Assembly (NCBI GenBank): GCA_020426005.1
Contig: JAGQQW010000002.1
Span: 8,855 to 72,854 of the forward strand
DNA from: Planctomycetota bacterium
Lineage (GTDB): Bacteria; Planctomycetota; UBA1135; GCA-002748355
Length of the DNA: 64,000 nucleotides
Reading direction: 5' to 3'
Positions 42,898-52,879 of this stretch are shown in pieces (position 1 is the stretch's first letter; each line of letters opens with the position of its first letter). A program made the position numbers and the translations under genes. The notes under the pieces were generated by a model, which did no database searches, had not been told where the DNA came from, and worked only from the letters and a program-made list of their open reading frames with translations.

Positions 42898-43794
42898 CTA
42901 CATCGAGTCCAAGCCCTCTACTGCCCAGCCTCGGTGTGGCGCGACCGCGGCTTTCGTGATTGCCAAGCCGAGCGGGTGCGGTGTGATTCGGCCGACGGCT
43001 TGGGCGAGTTCGAGTTGCCAATAGGGGAGGATCGCGAACGCCATCGGCAAGGCTCGGAGCAGCTCCGCGAGGTCTTCGGTCGAGCCCCCGACGTCATGCG
43101 CGATGCCAGGGAAGTCGAGACCCTTGCCGACGAACGCGTAGGCCAGAGGCTCGTGATCCCGCCCTTCGAGAACGAAGGCCGCGGTGCGCGGAATGCGCAA
43201 CGCATCTGCAAAATCCGTCGCGTTACGTTCGACGTGCAGAGGTTTCGATGCGTGAAGCCGCATCACGGCTTCGACATCGGAGAGGCGCATCGGGCGAATG
43301 GGACGCGTCGGGTGAGCCGGGACAGGCTCGACTCTCAGTTCGACTCCCCACGGTTCGAATCCGAAGCCTGCGTAGAAGCGATGGCGCTCGCTCCAGAGGA
43401 GGAGCACGCTTGCGGCCGATTGCCGAAAGTCCTCGACCACGCTGTGGATCAGTTTCTTTCCGAATCCCTGCCCTCGACAATCGGGCCTCACGACGACCGA
43501 GCTCACGATACGCAGCGTGGTCTCGTGCTTGTCGTCCGGATCGGTGCCGTCCACGTGCGCGACGTCGAGAGTCGCTGCGTGCGCCACCAAGCGGCCCCGG
43601 TGAAGGAGGCACGTCGACTTGGCTCGAGTGTCGGGACCGAAGGCGCGAGGAAACTCGTCGATGATCGACCACGGGACGTCGGGTCGAAGCCATGCATCGA
43701 GCTCGTGCACGTACTGCAAGGAGCGCGAATCGACGATCGACATCGTCGGCTCGTGTGCCCGCACGCCTGGATCATGCTCGATCGCCGAAATCAC
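42898..43794 (-). CDS. GNAT-family N-acetyltransferase (two-domain, Eis-like architecture)
   Basis: GTG at 43794 overlaps the upstream stop (GTGA). Acetyl-CoA motif VVVRPDCRGQGFGKKLI. FYAGFGFEP. Confidence 0.75.
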   Translation of the reverse strand: MISAIEHDPGVRAHEPTMSIVDSRSLQYVHELDAWLRPDVPWSIIDEFPRAFGPDTRAKSTCLLHRGRLVAHAATLDVAHVDGTDPDDKHETTLRIVSSVVVRPDCRGQGFGKKLIHSVVEDFRQSAASVLLLWSERHRFYAGFGFEPWGVELRVEPVPAHPTRPIRPMRLSDVEAVMRLHASKPLHVERNATDFADALRIPRTAAFVLEGRDHEPLAYAFVGKGLDFPGIAHDVGGSTEDLAELLRALPMAFAILPYWQLELAQAVGRITPHPLGLAITKAAVAPHRGWAVEGLDSM

Positions 43795-44075
43795 GATTCG
43801 ATCCGAGACCTCAGTGCTTCCTCGAGACGTTGTCCGAACAATCGCGCCTCTTCATGGAGTGCGTCGGCCGTTCGGAGGCCATCGCCGAGCTTCTCGAGGG
43901 AGTCGCCTTCTCCCGTCTTGCGGAGTCGAGCGAGCGATTCGAGGAGTTCGTCGAAGCGTACGGAACCCGTCTCGACGGATGCTGGTTCGCGACGAGCCGC
44001 TGGTTTCGCGACGCGGTCGATCCACGAAGTTGCCGCGAAGTTCGGGTCGATCGATTTCGGATCCATGTTGGACAC
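43791..44075 (-). CDS. small acidic helical hypothetical protein downstream of flgL
   Basis: 94-aa ORF with good GC3, 30 nt after the flgL stop. No FliW, CsrA or FlaG motifs recognised. Confidence 0.5.
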   Translation of the reverse strand: MSNMDPKSIDPNFAATSWIDRVAKPAARREPASVETGSVRFDELLESLARLRKTGEGDSLEKLGDGLRTADALHEEARLFGQRLEEALRSRIES

Positions 44076-44105
44076 TCGGCGAGGGAGATCAACGCAGGAG
44101 GGGGA

Positions 44106-45524
44106 TCAACGTAGATAGTCGAGGAGTGTTCGCTGGATGACGCGCGAACCGACTTGCAGGGATGCTTGGTAGCTCGTGTCCGCTTGCGTCATGCGCAGAA
44201 TCGTTTCGGCGAGGTCCACGTCCTCTTCTCGACTGAGCGAGGACATCAGCGTGACTTCGAGGCTGTTCATACGGGTCTTCGTGAGTTCCATCTGAGAACC
44301 ACGAGCACCGACATCGCGCAAGCTCTCGAGCACGACCTCTGCCGCGTTGTCGATGTCGCCGATGAGGTCGGTCAGGCGCTCGGAGACGAGTTCGGGACCG
44401 AGGCCGTCTTCGTCGCGCAGAAGGTCGCGAAGTGCGACCAGGCTGTTGAACGGATCGAAGGTCCCATCGAATCGGATCTCGGTCAGCCCGGTTCCGTCGA
44501 TCCCGGTCGAGTCGATGTTGACGACTTCGCCGGTCACTGAATGCACGAGCTGTTGGTTCGTCGAACTGAAATCGATGTTCGTCCAGGTGCGTCCGTCGTC
44601 CCACGACATACGGCCTTCGGACTGGAACGAGCCGGAAATGGTCGCCGGCGTCCACGCGGACATGTCGAGGTACACCTTGCGCCCGTCACCGGTCTCGACC
44701 AAGAGGTTCGTGCTCGTGTTGTCGAACTCGGAAATCGGACCGCCATTGATCGAGATCGTTTGTGGCGGACCCGCGGTCGTGATGTAGCTGAGGTTGCCGA
44801 GTTCTTGGCTGCCGCCGGCACCGGGAGCGATGCCGGCGGGCAATCCCGTGAAGCCGGTGTGTTCCAAGTGCAGGCGGCCGCGACCCGTTCCACTGTCGGT
44901 ACCGGTGCCTGCCGCCACGCCGCTGTTTCCGAGATAGCGCGTATCGCCGCGGCCTCCGGCGAGGAACACTTTGCGACCCGAGCTCGTCAGGACCGTCTCC
45001 GTGCCAGGCGCGACTTCGATCGTGACCTCGTTGTCCGTGCCGAAGTAACGAACGAACGCCAAGCCGTCGACTTCGATGAGTTCGAACGGTTGTCTCGAAG
45101 CCGCGGTGCCGGAGAACAGATACCGGTCGCCGAGCTTGGAGTTGGCGATGCCGACGATCTGGCGAAGGATCTGATCGACGGCGGCGCCGAGGTTCGAGCG
45201 GTCGCTCGCGCTCAAGGTCCCGTTGGCACCTTGGACGGCGAGGCGCTTCGCTTCGGCCATCAGGCTACTGACTTCTTCGAGACTGGCCGAAGCCGTCGTG
45301 AAGGTTTCGTCCGCGATCTCCGCGTTGTCGATGAAGCGGCGAACGTTGGCGATGTCGTTCTGCAGTGGGAGGATCCGCAAGAACGAACTCGGGTCGTCCG
45401 ATGGCCTGTTGATGCGCTTGCCTGTCGAGAGTTGCTCACGGTACGTGTTGAGTTCGAGCGCGTTCGAACGGATGTCGCGTCGAGCCCAATTCATCAGCAT
45501 GCTTTGCGTGATGCGTAGTCCCAT
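44106..45524 (-). CDS. flgL: flagellar hook-associated protein 3 (FlgL)
   Basis: Flagellin-type N-terminus MGLRITQSMLMNWARRDIRSNALELNTYREQLSTGKRINRPSDDP and C-terminus SYQASLQVGSRVIQRTLLDYLR. Follows flgK. Confidence 0.9.
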   Translation of the reverse strand: MGLRITQSMLMNWARRDIRSNALELNTYREQLSTGKRINRPSDDPSSFLRILPLQNDIANVRRFIDNAEIADETFTTASASLEEVSSLMAEAKRLAVQGANGTLSASDRSNLGAAVDQILRQIVGIANSKLGDRYLFSGTAASRQPFELIEVDGLAFVRYFGTDNEVTIEVAPGTETVLTSSGRKVFLAGGRGDTRYLGNSGVAAGTGTDSGTGRGRLHLEHTGFTGLPAGIAPGAGGSQELGNLSYITTAGPPQTISINGGPISEFDNTSTNLLVETGDGRKVYLDMSAWTPATISGSFQSEGRMSWDDGRTWTNIDFSSTNQQLVHSVTGEVVNIDSTGIDGTGLTEIRFDGTFDPFNSLVALRDLLRDEDGLGPELVSERLTDLIGDIDNAAEVVLESLRDVGARGSQMELTKTRMNSLEVTLMSSLSREEDVDLAETILRMTQADTSYQASLQVGSRVIQRTLLDYLR

Positions 45525-45556
45525 AGTCTCAGGCTCCGATACTCATTGGCGGGACG

Positions 45557-47935
45557 TCATGCTCCGAGGCTCAGGAGAATGTCGCTGACTTCGGTCATGA
45601 TGTTGAGGTAACGCGCAGAGGCTTGATACGCCTGTTGGAAGCGTTCGAGTTCAATGGCTTCTTCGTCGAGATCGACGCCCGAGACGGAGTCTCTTTGGTT
45701 CTGGAGGAACTCCTGCAGGCCGGATTGACTTTCGAGCAATCCCTTGGACTTTCTCGTCGAGTAACCGACTTCGCTCGCCGTCGAGTTCCAAAAACCCTCG
45801 ATCGTGTTTCCGTTGAACGCCTCGATCGAGAACTGGCGGAGTTCTTCGAGGCGAATCAAGTTGCCTGCATCCCCCTGGGACGAAGTCGATCCGACGAGGG
45901 ACAAACCAGCGGCGACCTGATCGGGATCGTCGGCGAGTCGTTCGGAGACAGCGATGGTGTCCGCAGTCGAGCCGGTGAAGAACGTGTTGAGCCCGAGCGC
46001 GACGAGGATGTCGGCACTGTCGGGGTCCGCCAGCACGTCGAGTGCGAACTGGTCGCCATTGACGGCACTGATTTCTCCGGGGCCGATCGCGACTTCGACA
46101 CCGTCGCCGATCGTCAATCGATCGTTCGGTGCATACCCTTGTCCGACGTCGAGGCTGCCGAGCTTGCGCCCGTCCTGGTCATAGACGCCGATCTGCAGGC
46201 CTGGTGTCACGCCGATCTGCCCACTGCCTTCCGCGACGAAGCGGTAGTGACCGTTGGATGCTCCGTCGTAATTCCCGGAGATCGAAACGGATAGCGAGTT
46301 GGAACGACCGTTCGCCGTGACGCCGAGCGGGATTCCGAGCAATGCAGCCGGTGAGTTCGCGCCATCCGTGATCTGCAACGAACTCGTCGTACCTTGTGAT
46401 CCGGTCTTGATCGAGATTCCGTTGCCGACGGCTACGGCTTCTGCGGCGATACTCGCGCTCTGGAACTTCTCGTCGAGAACGGTCGCAAGTTCTTCTGCCG
46501 ATACGTCTGATGGCGAGAAGAAGTCGGTGCTAGCGAGCGTGATCGTCGCCGGTGTGCCGCCGTCGACCTGAATGTCGAAGGATGCCGGCAAGTTGGGAAA
46601 CGCGTAGGGACCTTGGTTCTTCGAGCCCAGGGTCGCACTCGCGCCGCCCATCGAACCTACGGAGTTCGGCGCCGAGTCGAGTCGTCGACTGAAGTCGAAA
46701 CCGAAGCCTTGCTCTGCTTGGATCCGCAATCGCCCCGTGGGGTCGACACTGGAGCTCAGTCTGGGGATCGCATCGAGGGCCTCGGAGAGTTCTCCGAGTG
46801 TCATCGAGTTGGGATCGATCGTGATGCGATGACGCTCGATGTCTCCCGTGTCCCGGTTCGTGACGGCAACGTAGAGTTCGCCATTCGTCACCGGGAATGG
46901 CAAGTCGCCGTAAGCGAGGATCTCGTCCCCGTAGTTGCCATTGCCGTTGCCATCGCCGATCGAGTTGTCAGCGAGCAATACTTGGAACGGGCCTTTCTTG
47001 GCCATGCCGGTCGTGTGGATTCGATTGACTTCGAGTGCGAATCCGAATGCGAGTCGATCGATGTTGCTGGTCACGTCACCCAGGCCACTCGAGTCGACGT
47101 TGAGGAGTGCGGCGAGTTTTCCCTGCTTGGGACTGATCCGAGCCGTGCTCTGTCCGATGCGCAAGGTGACCGTGCCGGCATCCTCCGTTTGGGAGCGCAG
47201 GGTCGAGGCGCGTCCACCACTGACGAGGATGTAGCCACCCGCGAGGATGTCGACCGATCCGTTCGACTTCTCGATCGCTTGCGTGTCGAGCAGTTCGGAG
47301 AGTCCACGAATCGCGTTCTCGCGACGGTCACGAAGGTCGTTCGCCGGATGCTGACCGACTTCGAGCGAGACGATCTCTTTGTTGAGGTCCGCGATCTGTT
47401 CGGCGAGCGTGTTGACTTCGCGTACGTAGCCTTCGATCTCGAGTTTGCTGTCGCCTTCGAGCGACGCGAACCGACGCGCAAGGAGATTGAATCCACCTGC
47501 GAGTTCTTGGCCTGCCTGGACGACACCGCCACGCAGTGCTCGCTGTCCCGCGTCGGTGCGCAGCTTGCTGATCGAGTCGAAGTAGTCGTTGAAGAGCCCG
47601 GACAGCCCGCCTTCACCTGGTTCGCCCAAGATTCCTTCGATTTCCGACATCCGCCGGTAGTCGATTTCGGCAGCGCCGGTCAAGCCCATTTGCGTGCGCA
47701 AACGCGCGTCGAGTCGTTCGTCGAGGATGCGATTGACCGTTTCGACCTGGACGCCGGTTCCGACGAAGAAACCGCGTGCTCCGTCCTTGGTCGGCAACGT
47801 GGAGCCGAGCAAGACGCGTTGTCTCGTGTATCCGGGCGTGTTCGCATTGGCGACGTTCTGGCCGATGATCTCCATCGACAGACGTGCCGCGTTGAGGCCA
47901 CGAAGCGCAGTTCCGAATCCAAAGCCGTAGCTCAT
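45557..47935 (-). CDS. flgK: flagellar hook-associated protein 1 (FlgK)
   Basis: MSYGFGFGTALRGLNAARLSMEIIGQNVANANTPGYTRQ. C-terminal EEAIELERFQQAYQASARYLNIM. Confidence 0.9.
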   Translation of the reverse strand: MSYGFGFGTALRGLNAARLSMEIIGQNVANANTPGYTRQRVLLGSTLPTKDGARGFFVGTGVQVETVNRILDERLDARLRTQMGLTGAAEIDYRRMSEIEGILGEPGEGGLSGLFNDYFDSISKLRTDAGQRALRGGVVQAGQELAGGFNLLARRFASLEGDSKLEIEGYVREVNTLAEQIADLNKEIVSLEVGQHPANDLRDRRENAIRGLSELLDTQAIEKSNGSVDILAGGYILVSGGRASTLRSQTEDAGTVTLRIGQSTARISPKQGKLAALLNVDSSGLGDVTSNIDRLAFGFALEVNRIHTTGMAKKGPFQVLLADNSIGDGNGNGNYGDEILAYGDLPFPVTNGELYVAVTNRDTGDIERHRITIDPNSMTLGELSEALDAIPRLSSSVDPTGRLRIQAEQGFGFDFSRRLDSAPNSVGSMGGASATLGSKNQGPYAFPNLPASFDIQVDGGTPATITLASTDFFSPSDVSAEELATVLDEKFQSASIAAEAVAVGNGISIKTGSQGTTSSLQITDGANSPAALLGIPLGVTANGRSNSLSVSISGNYDGASNGHYRFVAEGSGQIGVTPGLQIGVYDQDGRKLGSLDVGQGYAPNDRLTIGDGVEVAIGPGEISAVNGDQFALDVLADPDSADILVALGLNTFFTGSTADTIAVSERLADDPDQVAAGLSLVGSTSSQGDAGNLIRLEELRQFSIEAFNGNTIEGFWNSTASEVGYSTRKSKGLLESQSGLQEFLQNQRDSVSGVDLDEEAIELERFQQAYQASARYLNIMTEVSDILLSLGA

Positions 47936-47949
47936 CGCAGACTCCTCGG

Positions 47950-48477
47950 TCAGAGTGTGGTGTTGACGAGGCTTTCGTGATCGTCGGTTCGAAGTTCACG
48001 GCCGTCGCGGTCGTACCGGCGTCCGGCACCGACGGTCGTGACGAGTCGTCGTAGGAGGTTCTCGTGACACGTCGCCGACCAATCGAGAAGGCGCTCGCCG
48101 ATCGACGTTTCGATGCCGAGGTCCTCGGCGGCACGACGCGCATTGCGGCGGGCAGTCTCGAGTCGTAGGCGTGCGTCACCGGTCACCGTAGACGCGATGC
48201 GGGCGAGCGTCAGTTGGTTGCTGTTCGTGCCGAGGTGCCGCGCGATTCGATCATGCAGTGCCGCACGAGAGCGTTCGGCCGCGACGATGCGATCCGCGAC
48301 GTCGGCCAAAGCCGCCGGCGCCTTGGCGAGTTCGGAGCCATGCATGGCCGCGAAGTGCATGCGTTGCTCGCCGAGGATCGCCGTCGCGCTGCGGATCAAC
48401 GAGGTGCATTCTTCGAGGCTTGCCGCGAGTTCCGCGACGAGTGCCGGATACGGCCTTGGTTCACTGTGTTGTGTCAT
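47950..48477 (-). CDS. flgN: FlgN-like flagellar export chaperone
   Basis: 175-aa helical protein immediately upstream of flgK, the usual flgN position. Sequence similarity was judged only by composition and context. Confidence 0.55.
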   Translation of the reverse strand: MTQHSEPRPYPALVAELAASLEECTSLIRSATAILGEQRMHFAAMHGSELAKAPAALADVADRIVAAERSRAALHDRIARHLGTNSNQLTLARIASTVTGDARLRLETARRNARRAAEDLGIETSIGERLLDWSATCHENLLRRLVTTVGAGRRYDRDGRELRTDDHESLVNTTL

Positions 48478-49039
48478 CGTGCTGCTCCTGCGCTGTGGCT
48501 CGAGCGGCTGGGGAATCAGGGAGCGGTATGGTCTTGATCGCGTGCGCTGCGGGAAGGAGCTCCGGCTCGGGCGGGAGGCTCGTGATCGAAGGCTTGACGG
48601 TCATGGACTGGATGGGGTCGCGCTCGATCGCGCGAATGCGATTCAGGGAACGAATCGGGTCCTTCGCGACGGGTTCGTCGGCTTTCGCCACGCGCCCGCG
48701 CTGTTCCCAGTTGCGGACGATGTGATCCGCGAAGCCGATCCGGCCTGATTCGGCGAGTCGGTCCGAGAGCATGGTGTCGAACAAACCTTCGTGGATGTCC
48801 GATCCGACGCCGTCGCCGAACAAGCCTTCGCCGAAGGCCTTGTCGTTCTCGCGCATGTCCTTGACGAGCATCTGCACGAAGATCGCTTCGAACTGGCGTG
48901 CGGCGCGGACCGCTTCTTCGCGAGACGGAAGAACCATCTTGTCCGCGTTGTCACTGGAGGTCGCCCGATCGACAGCGCCGCGAGTTGTCCCGAAGGCCGC
49001 CAGGGGAGGCAAGCCCTGTGTCGAAGCGATGTCGCTCAT
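48461..49039 (-). CDS. flgJ: rod-binding protein (FlgJ N-terminal domain only, no muramidase domain)
   Basis: AARQFEAIFVQMLVKDMR matches the rod-binding signature. No glucosaminidase-like C-terminal domain. Confidence 0.75.
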   Translation of the reverse strand: MSDIASTQGLPPLAAFGTTRGAVDRATSSDNADKMVLPSREEAVRAARQFEAIFVQMLVKDMRENDKAFGEGLFGDGVGSDIHEGLFDTMLSDRLAESGRIGFADHIVRNWEQRGRVAKADEPVAKDPIRSLNRIRAIERDPIQSMTVKPSITSLPPEPELLPAAHAIKTIPLPDSPAARATAQEQHDDTTQ

Positions 49040-50181
49040 CGTTGCTCCAAACGTCCGTGTAGGTGTCCGGCAGCGTGAAGCTCGCTCAGCACCGTCATCA
49101 TCTTCTGACCGTCGACGCCCAAGGACTGCAGCCCTTGGATCAAGTCGCGTAATGACGTTCCGCCATCGACGATGACAGGCTTGCCGGACTCCTGGGTGAC
49201 GCGGATCTCACTCTTCTTGACCGTCGTCGTTTCGCCCCGGCTGAGACCACTTGGTTGGGAGACGACGGGATCGTCGATGACTTCGATCGTCAACTCGGAG
49301 ATCTGTACGAGACATGGTGTGAGCCGAACGTCACGACCCGCGATGATCGTTCCTGTCTTCTCGTTGAGGAGAATGCGTGCCTCGACTACTGGCTCGATCG
49401 TGAGCGCTTCGATTTCAGCGAGCAGTCGAGTCACGGAGCCCGGATCTCGATAGTGGGAGAGGAGGCCCACGCGAACGTTTCTGGGGTCTTCGATCGTGCA
49501 GACCCCGATGTTGCGCTTGTCGAGTAGTTGGTTGATCGACTCCGCGATGCGTCGCGCGTTTTCCGGCGATGGCTGTCGCAGCAAGAAGCTGAGTTCGCCC
49601 TGCTCGTTGAGCAAGCTCGGGATGAGGTCTTCCACGGGAGCCTCGCAGATGGCTCCCGACGGAATCGTGCCTGCGGTCGGGTGATTCCGAGTGACCTTCG
49701 CGTTGGTGCCCTTCGCCTCGAACCCGCCGATCATGAGTTGGCCGGACGCGAGCGCGTAGATCTTGCCGTCGCTGCCTCGGAGTTCGGTCAAGAGGAGTTC
49801 GCCGCCACGAAGCGATGTCGCGTCGCCGATGGAACTCACCGAGACGTCGAGCTTCGTTCCGTCCCGCGCGAACACGGGCAGCTTGGCGGAGATGTTGACC
49901 AGAGCATAGTTGCCTGCGGCGACTTGGTCCGGTCGGACCTGCAAGTTGGTTCGTGCAAGGTAGCTGACGAACGCCTGGCGAGTGGCGACGGTTCCGTCTC
50001 CGGTTCCCCGGAGACCGGTCACGATGCCGCGCCCGACGAGGGTGTTCTCGCGAATTCCGTGTAGGTCCACGAGGCTGTCGATACGCACCTGTTGCGAACG
50101 CGCGAACGATGTGGTTCCTGCGATCAACAGTACGCTCGGAACCAAGGTCCGAAGCAGGTCGAAGCTTGAAGCGTGTTTCAC
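49036..50181 (-). CDS. flgI: flagellar P-ring protein FlgI
   Basis: Signal peptide, then VRIDSLVDLHGIRENTLVGRGIVTGLRGTGDG. C-terminal LQSLGVDGQKMMTVLSELHAAGHL. Confidence 0.95.
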   Translation of the reverse strand: MKHASSFDLLRTLVPSVLLIAGTTSFARSQQVRIDSLVDLHGIRENTLVGRGIVTGLRGTGDGTVATRQAFVSYLARTNLQVRPDQVAAGNYALVNISAKLPVFARDGTKLDVSVSSIGDATSLRGGELLLTELRGSDGKIYALASGQLMIGGFEAKGTNAKVTRNHPTAGTIPSGAICEAPVEDLIPSLLNEQGELSFLLRQPSPENARRIAESINQLLDKRNIGVCTIEDPRNVRVGLLSHYRDPGSVTRLLAEIEALTIEPVVEARILLNEKTGTIIAGRDVRLTPCLVQISELTIEVIDDPVVSQPSGLSRGETTTVKKSEIRVTQESGKPVIVDGGTSLRDLIQGLQSLGVDGQKMMTVLSELHAAGHLHGRLEQR

Positions 50182-50219
50182 GATGTCCCCTTGGTCAGAA
50201 CGTCAGGACGTCACAGCGA

Positions 50220-50867
50220 TCAGAATGGCCAGATCAACCAAAAGGCCGTTTCGACGATCTTCGCGACGGGTCCCTTGGTGACGTGTTCGGTGTTCTTGCC
50301 TACGCCTTCGATCGCGACCTTCGCCTCGGCAACGCGATTGGACGGCACTTGGTTGTTCGCATCGACGTCCCAGCGGCGGATGATCCCGGAGATCTTGAGG
50401 GTCTTGGTTTCGTCATCGATGTTCACCGTGCGGCGTCCCGAGATGACGAGGTTGCCATTCGGGAGTTCGTCGACGATCGTGACCGCGATTTGGGCCTCGA
50501 ACGTCGCGTCCTTCTCTTGCTTGGCGTTGCCGGCTTGAGACTTGCTCGAGCGAACGTCGAAGCTCGGAAGGAGTCCATTGGTGAATGCATTCGGCTTGAT
50601 GTCGAATGCTTCGAGGCTGGCGGCGAGGCTCGAGTTCGAGGTGCGGTTGACTTTGTCCTCGTTCTTGACCTTGTGGGACTCTCGAATGACAACGGTCAGG
50701 ATGTCGCCGATCCTGCTCGCTTTGAGGTCGTCGATCAGTCCGTGGTGCGTGCTTCGCGATGACGACCTGGCGAAGATCGACTGAGCCGACGCAGGACTCG
50801 CGAACGCGGCGAGCGACACGCAAGTCAGGAGAAGGGCGAGGGGGCTTCGATGTTTCATGGGGATCAC
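50220..50867 (-). CDS. flgH: flagellar L-ring lipoprotein FlgH
   Basis: GTG at 50867 overlaps the flgA stop (alternative ATG at 50858). Lipobox LLTC. IGDILTVVIRE. GNLVISGRRTVNIDDETKTLKISGIIR. Confidence 0.95.
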   Translation of the reverse strand: MIPMKHRSPLALLLTCVSLAAFASPASAQSIFARSSSRSTHHGLIDDLKASRIGDILTVVIRESHKVKNEDKVNRTSNSSLAASLEAFDIKPNAFTNGLLPSFDVRSSKSQAGNAKQEKDATFEAQIAVTIVDELPNGNLVISGRRTVNIDDETKTLKISGIIRRWDVDANNQVPSNRVAEAKVAIEGVGKNTEHVTKGPVAKIVETAFWLIWPF

Positions 50868-51982
50868 CGGTGGCTTGCTGGGCGAGGTTCGGAGGCTTGA
50901 CGGCGGTAGTCGGCTGCGCGAGCGAGATCGGATGGAGACGGCGCCGCGGTGCGTGCGATCACGACGAGCCCTGGTGCCGCGACTTCGGCCGATATCGGCG
51001 GGCGCTTCGGATCGACCTGGACGAGGATCGCGTCGCCACGACCGCCATCCGCCATGGCGATTCCCTGGCGAGCGACGCGTACGCGACCGATAGAAACGAC
51101 GACGGTCACGTTGTCTCGCTTGTGAACGATGGCGGGTCGTTCGAAGTCGCGATGCGAAAGTGTCTCACCGGATCGCAGATTGCGAGCGGCGACCATCCCG
51201 TCGATCAACGAAGCGTCGGAAAGCGGGTCATCCTGGCGCATCGCGATGTTGACGCGTTCGATCGCGAAGTCACCGGCGTAGAGCGTGTCGCCTCTGCGGT
51301 AGCTCTTTCGCGCCACGAGCACATTGCGATAGCGTCGCAGGCGAAACGCGATCGAAGCGGCGGTCCATGGCTCGTCGTCGACCAGGATGTCGACACGGAT
51401 CATCGCGGAGCCACGCGAGATTCGGCCGAGGCTGGGCTCGGCGCTGAGCCGCCTCGATTTGCGCCCTCGCGGAATGAGCAGTGGGCGAGTCTTGGATTGG
51501 ACCGTCCATTCCGCGTCGGCTTCGCCCTCTTCGTCCAGCATCTTGCGAAGGACGGCTTCTGCAGCGCGCACGAGGTCCTCGGACGTGACCGTCGAGACGC
51601 TCGCAGCGATCTCGCAAGTGTCGGCGCCTTCGATGCGAATGGTGTCGGGCTTCACACCACGCGAACTCACGGCCTCGATGACGTCATTGCGCGAGAGGCT
51701 CCTCGTCCACGTGCCACGCGGCGTGCGACCCATCGGGATCGCGCCGAGGCTTTGGGATAGTTGATTGTCCGAGCACTCGATGCGCACACAGTCGTCGAGG
51801 CGGACTTCGAGTCCTGGCACGCTCGTCCGATCTCGCATCGTCACGCGAATCGATGGTTGAGCGTCGCGACGTGAGTCGCCTTTCGGTGTGTCACCGTCGA
51901 TCTTGCGATCGTTGGACTGTGCTCGAATCGGCAATGCCGAGAACAACAGGCAAGATATGCCGGCAAGAAGCGCCGCTTTCAT
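50864..51982 (-). CDS. flgA: flagellar P-ring assembly chaperone FlgA (SAF domain)
   Basis: ATG at 51982 has AAGGA 7 nt upstream and gives the signal peptide MKAALLAGISCLLFSALPIRAQ (alternative ATG at 52021). C-terminal YRRGDTLYAGDF...AARNLRSGETLSHRDF...VHKRDNVTVV...GIAMADGGRGDAILV. Confidence 0.8.
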   Translation of the reverse strand: MKAALLAGISCLLFSALPIRAQSNDRKIDGDTPKGDSRRDAQPSIRVTMRDRTSVPGLEVRLDDCVRIECSDNQLSQSLGAIPMGRTPRGTWTRSLSRNDVIEAVSSRGVKPDTIRIEGADTCEIAASVSTVTSEDLVRAAEAVLRKMLDEEGEADAEWTVQSKTRPLLIPRGRKSRRLSAEPSLGRISRGSAMIRVDILVDDEPWTAASIAFRLRRYRNVLVARKSYRRGDTLYAGDFAIERVNIAMRQDDPLSDASLIDGMVAARNLRSGETLSHRDFERPAIVHKRDNVTVVVSIGRVRVARQGIAMADGGRGDAILVQVDPKRPPISAEVAAPGLVVIARTAAPSPSDLARAADYRRQASEPRPASHR

Positions 51983-52024
51983 TGTGAGTTCCTTCGTGTG
52001 GATTCGTATGACGAGCGTCATGGA

Positions 52025-52816
52025 TCAACGGACGATGTTCGTGGCCTGATTGAGCATGTCGTCGCTCGCGCGGATGGCCCGACTGTTCACTTCGTAGGCA
52101 CGTTGCGCGACGATCAGGCTGACGAGTTCGTTGACGACCTCGACATTCGAGCGTTCGAGGAAGTTCTGTTGGATCTCGCCGAGACCGTTCTCGCCGGGGT
52201 TGCCTTCGATGGCGGTTCCGGCAGCTGCGGTTGCCAGGTAGATGTTTCCACCGGACTTCTCGAGGCCCGGAGGATTGACGAAGCGCACCAGCGTGAGGCG
52301 ACCGATGTCTTGGTTGACGTCCGGAGCATCCGCGGTCGTGATCGTGACCGTGCCGTCCGTGCCGATGCCGATCGCGACCGTGTTTTGCGGGATGACGATT
52401 TCGGGGTCGATCGGGTTTCCAGAAGGAGTCGTCAAGCGACCATTGGCGTCCAGCAGCAAGTGACCGTCGCGCGTGTAGCCCGTGCGTCCGGAAGACAACG
52501 TCACCTTGAAGAATCCATCTCCAGTAATGGCGACGTCGAACGGGCGCTGCGTGCCTTCGAGCACGCCCGACTGGAAGTTCATGGTCGTTCCGGACAGCTT
52601 GACCCCAGAACCGATCTGGATGCCGATCGGGTTGGGTGTGCCATCCCCGGCATCGAGGCCCGGTGCCTTCAGCGTGACGTACAACAAGTCTTCGAACGTC
52701 GGTTGGGATCGTTTGAACCCGTTGGTGTTGACGTTTGCGAGGTTGTTGGAAATCGCGTCGACGTACGTCTGCTGGGCTTTCATGCCCGTCGCGGCGGTGT
52801 ACAGACTCTTGATCAC
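52025..52816 (-). CDS. flgG: flagellar distal rod protein FlgG
   Basis: MIKSLYTAATGMKAQQTYVDAISNNLANVNTNGFKR. C-terminal ERSNVEVVNELVSLIVAQRAYEVNSRAI. Confidence 0.95.
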   Translation of the reverse strand: MIKSLYTAATGMKAQQTYVDAISNNLANVNTNGFKRSQPTFEDLLYVTLKAPGLDAGDGTPNPIGIQIGSGVKLSGTTMNFQSGVLEGTQRPFDVAITGDGFFKVTLSSGRTGYTRDGHLLLDANGRLTTPSGNPIDPEIVIPQNTVAIGIGTDGTVTITTADAPDVNQDIGRLTLVRFVNPPGLEKSGGNIYLATAAAGTAIEGNPGENGLGEIQQNFLERSNVEVVNELVSLIVAQRAYEVNSRAIRASDDMLNQATNIVR

Positions 52817-52879
52817 TCCGAAACTCCTGGGTGACGATTGCCGTCTTGCGTGTTCTTGCTGTTGCTGGCTTCGCTATCG

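Noticed and set aside
43352-43362. tRNA T-loop-like GGTTCGAATCC
   Set aside because: The flanking bases do not form a T-stem or the rest of a cloverleaf. The site lies inside the well-supported GNAT coding frame (FGFEPWGVEL).
48461-49039. FlgJ lacking a muramidase domain as an anomaly
   Set aside because: Single-domain rod-binding FlgJ proteins, with the lytic enzyme encoded separately, are common outside the enteric bacteria, so this is not unusual.
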